Shown: piece after piece, positions 12,160 through 24,769 of the stretch
Layout of the letters: every line of letters starts with the position of its first letter
How positions within the stretch are numbered: the stretch's first letter is position 1
Translations under genes and position numbers: made by a program
Notes under the pieces: model-generated
Seen by the model: only the letters and a program-made list of their open reading frames with translations
The model's database searches: none
What the model was told of the DNA's origin: nothing
Origin: Octopus vulgaris
Taxonomy: Eukaryota
Length of the DNA stretch: 64,000 nt
NCBI GenBank assembly: GCA_951406725.2
Contig: OX597814.1
Span: forward strand, 85,746,001 to 85,810,000
Direction: 5' to 3'

Positions 12160-13112
12160 GATTCTTACCTCAAAACGCAAACTTATCAACAAGAGGGTAA
12201 AAGGAGATATGTTCATAAAGTTAAATATTCATTCAATAGATTTAAATAGATATGGTTAAAATAAACACTGTGTAAATAATACTTATGAATAGTCCATAAA
12301 GTTAAATATACAGTCACTATATTTAAATAGATATGATTTAAATTAATACCGTGTAAATAATATCTATGAATCGTACATCAATACTATAAATTAAATATAT
12401 TTGTATGAACCCAACCTATCAACTAATATATTTTAAAAAATGATTATATTTACTAGTAACTAATATAAAAAATTTTTTTAAATAAATAAATGTTCATATA
12501 AAATAAATAAATAAAAGTAGCAATTAAGTACATACGTAGATTTATTTTCTCAATAATAAGGCTGTAGAGGAATATGGTATCGGCATGTTGAATAGTATGA
12601 AAACTAGGAGCAGACTTTTAAGCTTAAATAGTTAATCAATTTGCCCAAATGGGTGGAATAAAGTCGTAGAGGAATGTGTTATGGACATGCTGAATAGGAT
12701 GAAAAGTATTGGCAGGCTCGTAAACAGTCACTCGGCACTAGCAAAAGAGTGGAATAGTAACATGACTTAATTCTTCTGAACTATGCCTAATCCCTATCCA
12801 GTAGGGTTTAAAACATCAACCTTTAGCTATTTTTAGAACAGAATCCAAAATTTACATGCTACAATTCAATCGGAATGAATTCTCCATCCGTTAAGATGTG
12901 TAAAATACCAGTTAATCATGCCTTGAGGAGACTTTTTTGCTTTTTTCAACTTCATAACGTTCTTTAAAAGTGTAAATATGAATGACAGCAATCAGCCGGG
13001 ACGCAGCGTAGGCGATATGGATGAACTTATTAATTTGACTGGAGTCTGAAAATAAATTGATTATTCTATGTATGTATTCTCCATTTTCATTGAATTTTTA
13101 AAATGTTTTCTC
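12160..13112 (+). mobile_element. Probable Penelope-like 3' tail with internal ~81-bp duplication and degenerate HHR-like motif
   Basis: tTGAGGA GACT...AGTC T GAAA ATAA..TTAT TC (~12923-13066) is followed by ttctccattttc, a motif also seen after HHRs near 20035, 22585 and 40050. TA-flanked. Confidence 0.4.
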
Positions 13113-13138
13113 ATATATAGATAGATAGATAGATATAA

Positions 13139-14748
13139 CTTACTTGGAAAAGGATGCGTAGCGTTCGATCATATAATAATGAATACATAAATATAAGTAT
13201 ATATACATACATATATGTACATACTTACATATATATGTATATATAGATGCATATATAGGTACAGGACATACAAAAACCGTGGAATACAATGAGAAACGAA
13301 AACATATAAACAAAATCAGAAACGAATTTTTTTTCAAACTACGAAAAAAACAGAGTACAAGACATACAACACAAGGAACATTCCCCTTCTTTAGTTGTCC
13401 CTGTTTCATCTACTCCGCGTTCGAAGGTAAGGACAAGACGCGACTTAGTTGAAACAATCCTTCCCGCAAAACAAATTAAATGAAATTTGGGAATTTTTTG
13501 CGGTGGGTAAAAGTGGTAACAAGAACAGGACAGTAAGAATAAAACAGTAAAAACAGTAAAAGACAGAACAATGAGAACAAAACAGTAAAAACAAACAATG
13601 AGGGTTGTTAAGCCAAGACGATGGAAAAATTATTTTGAACGCTTAAGGAGGCAGCTTATGAAAGACAGGATAAGCTGGTCTGGTCTTGGTGAAGATAGCA
13701 GTTGGAAAGCTGGCTTCCCTCTGATCACGTGTCAGTGACGAGAGAGTCGAGGAGGAGGAAGAGAAGCAGTAAGAGAGAGGGAACGGTGAAGGGAAGAGGA
13801 GAAAAATAGGGAAGGGTGGGAGAGAAAACCAGAAAAGATGAAGAACAAGAGAGGGAGAAAGATAGACAGAGAAGAAATAGTAAAGGAGAAGAGTGCGCAT
13901 CATAATTATTAAAATAAACTTACTTGGAAAAGGATGCGTGGCGTTCGATCATATAATAATAAATAATCTTTATATATATAAAACTGAGAATGTGTGTCTG
14001 TCTGTCTGTCTATGTATTTCCCTAAAACTTGAGAACTACACAACCAATTTCATTCAAATTTTACACATGCCTTACTTAGAGTCCATGTAGTTTCATGGGC
14101 AAAAAAAAGTTCAACTTCTTGCCTAGAACGAGCCCATAGCAATATCATATCTTCTCCGCTATTTCAGTATTACGTGTTAAAAGTGAAACAAAAATATTTC
14201 TCTATTTTATGTCAGATGCTTTCACTTTAACAATAAAAATAATAATAACAATTGAATTATATGTAGTAAGTAATAATTAAAATCAAACTAAAGTATAATA
14301 TAATCATAACATAACAAAAGTAAAAATAGCAATTGGTATAAAATTGCATCAATGATTTGAACTTGAATAAGTGGTTTCACATGAATGGGAATAAATTAAA
14401 AATAAAATTAGCGTTGAGAAATGGAATAGTCCAGATGGATAATAAAAAATTAAATACAATGTAGAGAAAAAAATAAGAGCTAACAATTCCAGTCTGTTAT
14501 ATATTTTTAGTACTGTTATCACTAGTGATATAACTTTGTATTTTGCATTTTATGTGTAGATGTATATATATAGATGTACATGTAATATGTACACATATAT
14601 AAATACACATATATACATGCACTAGCACTATGACCCGGCAGCGACGGGTCTTTAATGCTAGTAAATATATAAATATAAGCATATATACATATATGTACAT
14701 ACCTACATATATATGTATATATACATGCATATATGGGTACAGGACATA
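13139..14748 (-). mobile_element. Element with ~130-bp terminal direct repeats (780-bp period), pseudo-LTR-like; second repeat split by a Helitron
   Basis: cttacttggaaaaggatgcgt.gcgttcgatcatataataat occurs at 13139 and 13919. The remainder (...ggtacaggacata) resumes after 14662. Confidence 0.7.
13967..14661 (+). mobile_element. Non-autonomous Helitron
   Basis: A|TC start, (tgtc)n, hairpin gacccg-gcagcga-cgggtc and CTAG|T end. No TSD. The empty site is visible in the first direct repeat at ~13170-13190. Confidence 0.85.
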
Positions 14749-14908
14749 TAAATATATATATATATAAACAGGTAATGGTAGTAATATTAATAATACACAT
14801 ATCAAAACTTATGGTAGATATGATAATAGTAAAGTTTACTTACGTAATAATTATGGGAATATTGATAATGATAGACATAACAATGACATTGTTAAGGATA
14901 GTAAACAT

Positions 14909-15912
14909 ATGGGATGGTCAAGGAATAAGGTTTTTACTAAAAACAATAATTTGATAGGCAACCCTAATGCTGATAAGGATACACTTTGGCTTATTATCCC
15001 ATATGCACTACAGATAAAAACAGACATAGTTAGAGCTTTGCACAATGTAATATTTAGGCACTTTGGTAAGGATAGGAATAAATTTGGTCATTTAATTAAC
15101 AATGGTACTGTTAGAATAGGATATAGCATTACACATAATCTAGCCACCATCATCTCCTCTTTTAATAACAGGAAACTGGATTACTTCTATAAAGATAAAA
15201 AGTTGAATTTAGATAATAGGAATTTGCCTCTCTTTAATAGTAGGAACAATAAATCTTTTGGAGCTAACGGGAACAACCCTCTTACAAATTATGAGGCAAC
15301 CGTACCTGTAAGGAAAAATATTAATGTAATAGATGATACTACCACCACCAATACTAGTACTATTGATAGGAATATCGCCAATAATGATAAATTAATTCAT
15401 TCGTTGAATTTGGGTTTGGATGGTAATAATAATTGTAACACTACTAATGTGAATGGTGTTACAGGAATGGGGACCAATGTTGGATTACCCCAACCTGTTG
15501 ATAACTGTAATTTCAGAAACAGAAATAAATGTGTGTTTGGTAATCAATGCCTCGGGAAGGAGGTAGTTTACCAATGCACTGTGGATACACAGTTTAGTAG
15601 TAGGGTATATATCGGAGCAACTATGAATAGCATGAAACAGAGACTTAATTATCATAGATATACTTTTAGAAATAAAAATAGGATGTACTCTACAGGGTTA
15701 GAGAACTCAAAAGTAAGAACTTAGATTTTAGATTAAATTGGAAAATACTAACTTCGGTACCTGTGTATAATGGAAAAAATAAAAAATGCTCTCTATGTAT
15801 TAATGAAATTTTTTTCATTATCAAAGCGGGTAGGCCTATTATTAATAACATAAATGAAAAAAAATTTTTTTGCATTCACAAACTACCGTACACTTGCTCT
15901 AGATTTAAATAG
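14909..15912 (+). pseudogene. Penelope-like ORF C-terminus with GIY-YIG endonuclease
   Basis: LWLIIPYALQIKTDIVRALHNVIFRHF..NNGTVRIGYSITHNLATIISSFNNRKL linker; CNFRNRNKCVFGNQC; VVYQC..YIGAT..KQRLNYHRYTF. After a frameshift: NWKIL..CSLCINE..CIHK. Confidence 0.88.
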
Positions 15913-17982
15913 AACTTAGCTTTTCTACTAGTAATATTTTAACTCCCTTCTGTATCTAATTATACTAGTAGTCTTCTACAATTTTAAAACATGCAACTTA
16001 TAAATTTATAATTATATATAATTTTGTAGCTACACATGTATATAAATATATATGTCCAGTATTAATTGTTTTTTGTATGTGGGTTTTTTTGTCTTGTTTT
16101 ATAAGGGAAATACACTGCGGCAAGAAATAATATATTCATTTTGGTATATGCTTAGTAATATGAGATTCTTGAAGTTTTCTAAAATTACAGAGTGTGTATG
16201 AATATCATAGTTGGATACCTGGTTTTAGATACTGTAATACTAATATGTAATATATGAGAGTCTATATTGGATTTTGTTTGTTTTGGTTGAGAATATGGGT
16301 TTTTGCAGGTTTTTATTTGGCAGGCTTATATATTGTATATTTAGTGTATCTTTGTACGCACCTAAATTTGTATCTTATGCTATTTATTAATAAACCTATT
16401 CATTTACTCACATTTGGCTTTATACATATTAGCAGTCTTATATATTTAGTCTATATTTGTAGTCTTCTTGATTTGTACACTATGTTATTCATCTATTTAT
16501 TTTTTTTTTACTCATTATCTACAGGTATAAGTTTACATAATATTAACCTGTATACTAAGTTTATATATGTACTTTCTTCAATATATATCTTCACTTTATT
16601 TTATGTTATTTATTTACCTATATATTCTTTTATGCATATGTGGATATATGCATATTAGCATTACTATATATTAGGTGTACCTATGTATTTATCTGAATTT
16701 GTTTTCTATGGTATCTATCTATTTAGTCATTTACTTATTTATTTATTTATTTATTTATTTACTTATTTAAGTGTAGATATATACATACATATAAATGATT
16801 TATTTTAATAATATATGGATACATGTATACTAGTTTGTACTTATACTCTGTATGTAATTTTGATTATTTTTTCTTATTTATTTTATCACATTTTAATCTT
16901 AAGTAATTACAATTTATTAACTTATAATTAATTTAATTTTTGCTATTTACTTATATACCATTGTATTGGTAAGTCCTCCACTGATATTATTTAATGCCAA
17001 ATCTTGTTAATTATTACATTTGTATCTATGTGTCCACGGATGCTTAAAAGTATATTTATATATAAGTACTATGAATGTTTAATCGCAAGTCACATATGAA
17101 AATAAACGGTGCGTTTGTGTATATCTGCTGTTATACATGAGTATTATTATGGGCATGTATATTTGAGTGTAATTCTATTAGTTCGTAGGTTAGGTTCTTT
17201 GATGGATAAATATTAATATTATAATGGCATTGGATTTATTACGTAGAAATGATATATATTTATACTATAAAGAATTTTTGTCTTGTCTTGTCTGTTTACA
17301 CATCCCGGAATATTTCCGTATTTTGACTTCTTACAATTAATCTCTTATAATTTAATTGCTATAAACCGATGTCAATTTAGTATATGTATGTTTCGATGTC
17401 TATTGATAGTCAAACAAAAATGTTTAATCTATACTTTATAACTTAGCGTACATGTGATTATAGCAAATTACGGTGAAACCAGTAAACGTTATGTTATGTA
17501 ATACTATGACTACAGAAAAAACGGTGTCATATGTTTTGTGTACCCTACGAAAAATTACATTCTATGTTTTGATATATAAATATATGTATCTTTATAACAA
17601 ATATTTTATGGAAATATGTGAGTGGATCTTCTTAGTTAATATAGTGGCATTGTTGTCGTTTTGGAGAGGCTTGATAGTTGCATAGTTACGATTATACCTC
17701 TTTTATTATTTATTTATTTATGTGTTTGACGGTGTTTGTGGATATGTATGAGTGTATGTGTGTGTGTATACATATAATTATGTATGTATGTGCGATTGAT
17801 CTGTGGATGTGCGTGTGCGTGTGGATGTGTTGACTAACTAACCGTAAAATTTCTTTTGTGATTCAAATTTAAAACTATAAGCCAATCGAATCAATCTAGA
17901 GTAATCAATATCAAGCGGACAGAATAATCAGACTTATAGATATGTAGATGTCCGATTGATGTACTTGGTACAGACATGGTTG

Positions 17983-18059
<77 letters not shown>

Positions 18060-18062
<3 letters not shown>

Positions 18063-19326
18063 TAGTTTTATTTTTATAGCGTGCTTTCACTTCACTACCG
18101 AGTACAGCTCTGTGTGCCTTGGGTATGTGCTGTGATTTGTTGTGATGCTCTGATGGTTATTGTATGGAAAGTGTTCTGCGTAGGATGTATGCAGTGCCTA
18201 GTAGTGCAATTTTCTGTATGTTATATGTGTTTGTAAGTCCTGGTGTTTTTGTTATGTATTTGTCTGAATATTTTTTTATCATGCCTGATGCACCTACTAT
18301 GATAGGAATTGTTTGTTTTCAGATTCCACATTCTAGTTACCTCTATTTCCAGGTCTTTGTATTTTGAGAGTTTCTCCATTTCTTTTAGAGACACGTTGTC
18401 ATCAGCCGGTATTGATACATCAATTAGAAAGCATTTTTTTCTTCATGATCTCTGACAACTATATCTGGTCTGTTGGCCTTAATTTCTCTATCTGTGTGTA
18501 TCGGCATATCCCAGAGTATGGTTGCTTTCTCGTTTTCTGTGACCTTTTCTGGTGTGTGCCTATACCATCTTTTTTCTGTTGTTATTCCATAATGTTGGCA
18601 TAGCTTCCAATGTATGTAGGGTCCAACTCTGTCATGTCTGTGAATATATTCCTTCTTAGCCAAGACTGGGCAGCTAGAGATAATATGATTTATTGTTTCT
18701 TGTCCATCTCCACATATTCTGCAGTTACTTGTAATATTTCTTTTCATTACATGTTTTTGGTAATTTCTGGTGGGGAGGCTTTGGTCTTGTGCTGCAATTA
18801 AAAATCCCTCTGTTTCTGCTTTGAGTCCTGAGCTTCTCAACCATTGCTGGGATTTTTCTTTGTCTATTTCTTTTGCGTTTAGTTTAGTGCAGTATTTACC
18901 ATGAAGGGGCTTTTCTTGCCATCGTTTTATCATGGTTCGTTGCTGTTTTATTTTTAGTTTGGATTTCATTTGTTTTATAGCTTTTGTTGTTTCTTCATCT
19001 TCTTCTTCTTCATGTTTATTAGGTGGTATGATTTCTTGTTTGTATTTGTCAGCTTCCTTAAATACTGAGAACAGTTTTTTGTTTTGCTCGTGTTTTGCCG
19101 CTATCTGGATCAGTTTTCCTTCCTTCTGAAGTAGATATTTTTGCAGTCCTATGGTGGTTATTTTATAGTAGTTTTCCAGCTGTATAAGGCCTCTACCACC
19201 TTCTATACGTTGTATATATAGTCTTTCTATGTCAGATTTTGGGTGATGCATCCTAGATCCTGTCATTATTCTTCTTGTTTTCCTATCTATTTTGGTCAGT
19301 TCATTTCGTGTCCAGTTAAGGATATT

Positions 19327-19329
<3 letters not shown>
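18060..19329 (-). mobile_element. R4/Dong-like LINE 3' fragment (restriction-like endonuclease), inserted in (TAA)n
   Basis: ORF 18424-19266: RLYIQRIEGGRGL, KPLHGKY, AAQDQSLPTRNY, CRICGDGQETINHIISSC, RHD, RPDIVV. After a frameshift: CFLIDVSIPADDN..KYKDL. (TTA)n on both sides. Confidence 0.92.
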
Positions 19330-19390
<61 letters not shown>

Positions 19391-19758
19391 GATTATTATT
19401 ATTATTATTATTATTAATATTAATAGTAATTTTTATTGACTTTTATAGGTTTATAATTTTATAAACTGAACTGTGTGTTTTTTTATTATTTTTTATGTAT
19501 ATGTCTGATTTAAATTTAAATGTGAGTGTGCATATATTTTCCTGTAGGTTAGTTTTGGAACTAGTAGCCCAATATGTAGAATAACTATGTTTGTTAATAT
19601 ATATTGATATATTTTGTTTTGTTTATTTTGTATTATTGTATTAATGAGTATATATATATGTGTGTAGTATTATGAGTGTCTATGCACACGTGTTTATATT
19701 TTATGTTTTTATATTTATATGTATAAAAAAATTTTTTCACACTTATAATAAATTAAAT

Positions 19759-19869
19759 TCTCTGAAGAGGCCGTGGGGCATCCTTGTTAATGTCTCATTT
19801 ATACCTGCCTTATATGGCTTATAGGTTAAATGAGGCATACTTGCCCTTACGGCCGAAACAGCTGTCAGA
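19759..19869 (+). ncRNA. Type I hammerhead ribozyme with long (~86 nt) stem II
   Basis: tct CTGAAGA GGCCGTGGGGCA...TGCCCTTACGGCC GAAA CAGCTG TC aga; palindromic stem III ACAGCTGT; intact core. Confidence 0.85.
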
Positions 19870-20067
19870 TATGATATAATTATATATTATATTTTATATT
19901 TTATATTTCAATTTCCTTGTCTAATTATATTTACAATATATTTTGTATAATGCCTTTGCTGTTATGTAATGGTGTAATAAAGTATTGATTGGGTATCATC
20001 TGATGGTTGATGTTTGATTGATTTAAGTATGTTTCTCCATTTTCTAATTTTGTAGTATATATACATA

Positions 20068-20608
20068 CGAAGTTTCACCAATAATTGTCGGGACTGGTGC
20101 TACAAAACGTAAGCTACATCACATCGATTCAGCATTTATTCTCCTTCGAAGTAGTCTCATTATGAAGCCACACGCTTTATCCGGTGTTGTTTGTATTGAT
20201 GCAAGCAATGCCGGAACTCCTTTTTTTGCGATAGTGAACAGCTGCCTCGTCGCATCCTCTTGATTTCCTCGAGGTCTTGAAATCTTGTTCTTTTCAAGTG
20301 GGATTCCCTTAGAGACTTGGTTTTCGGATCATATCCATAGACGCACGATTCGTCAATTGTTACGAACATTTTCAAAACGTTTTCATCTTCTTCCACACAA
20401 TGATGGCGATCCAGCGCACACTGAGACGACCACACTCTACACACTTTAATTCCAAGCACTGCTTTAAAAAATGGAGATGAACGAAAACGTTATAACTTCA
20501 GTGCATGCACGGCAAAGTTCGAGGGCAATGTGTGCGAAGCGGCTCCACTCTGTGTGCTTGAGCTCCCTTACCATAGACATTGTCCCGATACTTTTTGATC
20601 AGACCTCG
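20068..20608 (-). mobile_element. Internally deleted mariner element
   Basis: Imperfect TIRs (cgaagtttcaccaataattgtcggga / tcccgatactttttgatcagacctcg) flanked by TA. Residual peptide VTIDESCVYGYDPKTK..LKRTRFQDLEEIK. Confidence 0.8.
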
Positions 20609-20638
20609 TATACACACGAGCATGCGCGCATATGTAGC

Positions 20639-20754
<116 letters not shown>

Positions 20755-20829
20755 TATATATATATATATATAAAGAGAGAGAGTGATAAATCGATAGCTT
20801 GATATATAACAATATAACAAATATATATT

Positions 20830-21875
20830 CACTTTATTTATTTTTATTTATTTTCCATTTTATTGTAATATTATCAATCTTTGCATCTAGTCTTCTATTT
20901 ATTTATTTATTTGCCTATTTAAGTGTAGATGTTTACATACATATCAAGTCATCTAATTTGTTACCTATTTATTTTTTACTTATTTACTTATACTGGTGTA
21001 GTTTTATACATACATATCTATCATTTATTTTTATTTAATTTTAATAATATATGAATACATATATACTAGTTTGTACTTATAATTATGTGTATAACCGTAT
21101 TTATTCCTTCGTATTTATTCCTTCTTATTTATTTTATCTCTTTTCATCTTAAGTCTTTATAATATAAAATTTATTTAAAATTTCTGTGATGTTCTCATAA
21201 GCGTTTACATTAATACTTCCCCTTCTATTCTTTAATGCCTAAACTGGTATATTATGGCACTATATTTATTAAGTTAATAAGTGACTTATTTATAATATTT
21301 AAATTAATATATATTTTATATTTTATATTTTATAATTTAGCGTACTTAAAATCATAACAAACTTACGATAAACCTAACAACCGTATGTTTACTCTGCAAC
21401 AAACCGGTGTTATATATTTTAAGTTACCCATGAAATAATTATCTGAATTAGTAACATACTGATATTTAAAAATATATTTATATCTAAATTAAATATTTTA
21501 TAGAATGCATGGATGGTTCTTTTTTTGTTATTGAGGCTCAGTTATAATTTTGAGGGACTAAATGTTAGCATAGTTGCTTCCCTTTTTGTTTATCTAAGTG
21601 CTAGTTGTTGCTTGTGATTATGTATGTGTATAAGTGTATGTATATACATATAACTATGTGTGTATGTGCGATTGATCTGTAGATGCGTGTGTGAATATTG
21701 GCGTTCCCTGACTAACCAACCGTATAATTTTCTTTTGTGATTTAAATTTCAAACCAATAGCCAATCGAATTAATCTAAATTTTCTTTACCTAGTGGTCAG
21801 CATTTCTTAACTCATAGTTATTTCGATCTTGAAAGGATGGACTTGGTGCTAACTTAACTGTATCTATTTTTATTA

Positions 21876-21963
<88 letters not shown>

Positions 21964-22608
21964 AGTAATTTTTATTAACTTTTATAGCTTTAGAATTTTA
22001 TGAACTGTACCACGGATTTAATTATTATTTTTCATCTCCATATGTGTTAGCCTTTTTTTTATAAAAAAAACTATTAGCCAAATATGTATAATATCGGTAC
22101 TTATTAATATTAATATATACACTGTTATATATTTTGTTTTATTTTGTTCTGTTTACCTTCCTTTTTGTACAAATGTGTATCATATTATATAAGTGTAGCA
22201 TTATGATGTATAAGTTTTTATATTTTACATTTTTATATTTTTATATTTATATGTATATGATTATATAATATTTTTCACTATTATAACAAATTTAATTTAA
22301 TTCTCTGAAGAGGCCGTGGGGCATCCTTGTTAATGCCTCATTTATACCTGCCTTTATGGCTTATAGGTTAAATGAGGTATGACTGTCCTCACTGCCGAAA
22401 CAGCTGTCAGTTTTGATTTATTTGCATATTATATTTGAAATTTTTTACTTATATCTCTTTATCTTTTTACTATTACTTTATATCTCATTTCATTTTATAT
22501 ATTGCCTTTACTCATATGTAATGGTGTATTAAAGTATGGATTGAGTATCATCGGATAGTTGATGTTTTACTGATTTAAGTATGTTTCTCCATTCTCTAAT
22601 TTTGTAGT
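20830..22608 (+). mobile_element. Second, diverged copy of the Penelope-like 3' tail
   Basis: Colinear with ~16700-20060, with an uninterrupted (TTA)n at 21880-21960, the same HHR and the same terminus. Confidence 0.85.
22302..22410 (+). ncRNA. Type I hammerhead ribozyme, second long-stem-II copy
   Basis: tct CTGAAGA GGCCGTGGGGCA...TGTCCTCACTGCC GAAA CAGCTG TC ag. Confidence 0.8.
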
Positions 22609-22700
22609 ATATATATATATATGTATATTTATATACATACATGTATAAGTGCAAGTGGGTATAAGTGTAGACACACACGCATGAAGTACCTATATTCGTT

Positions 22701-22783
<83 letters not shown>

Positions 22784-23314
22784 TGACAGACTGACAGACA
22801 GATACATACATACATACATGCATACATATATGGAGGGAGGGAGAGAATTTAGAGAAGTGGGATGAAAGAGATTTATTTTTACAGACGTCGTTGATAGGAT
22901 TAGATCCTTATTCCTGCGGCACTGGCTTCACTACAGTTAGGGATCACTTCTGTTGTCACTTTATTATTCATAGCTTAACACCTTCATACTCCAACTCTAT
23001 CACTAAACATCTGAGTCACTGGTTCCCCGTCAAACTAAACTTCGTACACATATACAGAAATACACACACTCAGACACATACATACACACTCATCTAAAAA
23101 CACATGCGCACACAACACTCATGAATGTGCATAGACAGATACAAATGCACACACGCATTAAACCATTTATTTACACAAAAACATAAGTTAGCAATGGTAT
23201 GCGTGTAGATGTGAACGTATGTGATATAGATAATTTTAAATACATGTACACATAAAGATGCAAATACGTACATATATATATATAAATATATGTGTGTATA
23301 TATACATATATATA

Positions 23315-23371
<57 letters not shown>

Positions 23372-23386
23372 CATCATCATCATCAT

Positions 23387-23459
<73 letters not shown>

Positions 23460-23583
23460 AATTATAATTTTAATTTTAACAATTATAATTATAACTCTAA
23501 TAATAATTATTTACAATGAGGTTTTTATTCCCATGCTAGCAACTTGATTTGATCGGTATTTTAAATAACGATCTTATCCTTAA

Positions 23584-23662
<79 letters not shown>

Positions 23663-23664
23663 TA

Positions 23665-24490
23665 CTAGCTGACACACCCGGTTATTCCCGAGGAAGCGCG
23701 ACATATCCGTTGATTCCGTTCTCACAAATGTTTCACTAATCCAATAACAACAATACAAAGTATGTAGCCCTTAAAACGGCTTTTGTGCATTTAGAGAGAA
23801 TATCGAACCGTCTTACACAGGATCTTGTTTTTAGGAATTCCCACTAAGTTATGAATACCCAAATTGCGAAGTCAGTTATGTAATAACTTGAAATTAGTTA
23901 TCCGATAGTAAGAATTCAAATAAAGTAGCCGTTCCCAGTGTATATAGAACATAGGAGGAAATACTAAGTAGGTATTATACTAAAATCGTGAAGCATATTA
24001 TATAATAAGAGGCTAATCAGATACGAGATAACAATTCAGAGTAAATAACTTTGAAAAGGGCTTTTGTGCTTTCCCAGAGAATATTACCCTCAGGGGCGCT
24101 AGTGTTGCTATATTCGTGAATAAGTCACTAACTGAAATAAGTGGATCTATTGTTTAGGAAAATATTATTTACTTGTTTAAGGGATGCATTGGATAAGTTG
24201 CGAAAATAACTCTAAAAATTCAAATACTAAGAAATACGCCTGCTCAATTTCATTTTTACCAAATAATTTAGGAAAATGAATGGGTAATTTCCATTGGCTA
24301 TGTATATAAGGATCCCTTCCAGGGGCTTTATTATCGATTTTTCAACAATATGAGTATACCATGAGATTTCCAGACAAGGGTTCTACTCACGTGTCAAGTT
24401 TCATCAAAATCGATAAAACGATGTAGGAGGAGTTAGCTAACAACTCCAAAAACATAGACAGAATTTCCCACATATGTAGTATATATATAT
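23665..24490 (-). mobile_element. Non-autonomous Helitron-like element
   Basis: A|CTAG at 23664-68 is followed by cccgg-ttatt-cccgag (hairpin). The other end has aagtttcatcaaaatcg..acagacag-like 5' motifs. Confidence 0.6.
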
Positions 24491-24522
24491 GCGTAGAGAC
24501 ATGCACAATTCAGACACCCATG

Positions 24523-24562
<40 letters not shown>

Positions 24563-24721
24563 ACATAAGCAATATGAGAGATCCCTATATGGATCTCTTG
24601 TATGCTAAAAATATACGTCAAACCGTCTCACCACTAAATCTGACTTCTCAACTTAGTTACACGCTAGATGTATACGAGTTGTACAAATGAAAAGAAATAA
24701 ACGTTGCACTTAATTTCTACT

Positions 24722-24767
<46 letters not shown>

Positions 24768-24769
<2 letters not shown>

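Larger units (their letters stand above)
14770..20060 (+). mobile_element. 5'-truncated Penelope-like element (RT thumb/linker + GIY-YIG) with ~4-kb 3' tail, interrupted by a Dong-like LINE
   Basis: GIY-YIG ORF, AT-rich tail, HHR at 19759-19869, end motif tttctccattttctaattttgtag then TA. Confidence 0.8.

Noticed and set aside
11178-12259. Repeated ~100-aa ORF MVSASSGNYLPL...
   Set aside because: It starts at GTG inside a structured RNA repeat and runs into (TA)n; no protein features.
13139-14748. LTR retrotransposon
   Set aside because: The direct repeats lack TG..CA ends, PBS/PPT, TSD and gag/pol; a pseudo-LTR or tandem unit fits better.
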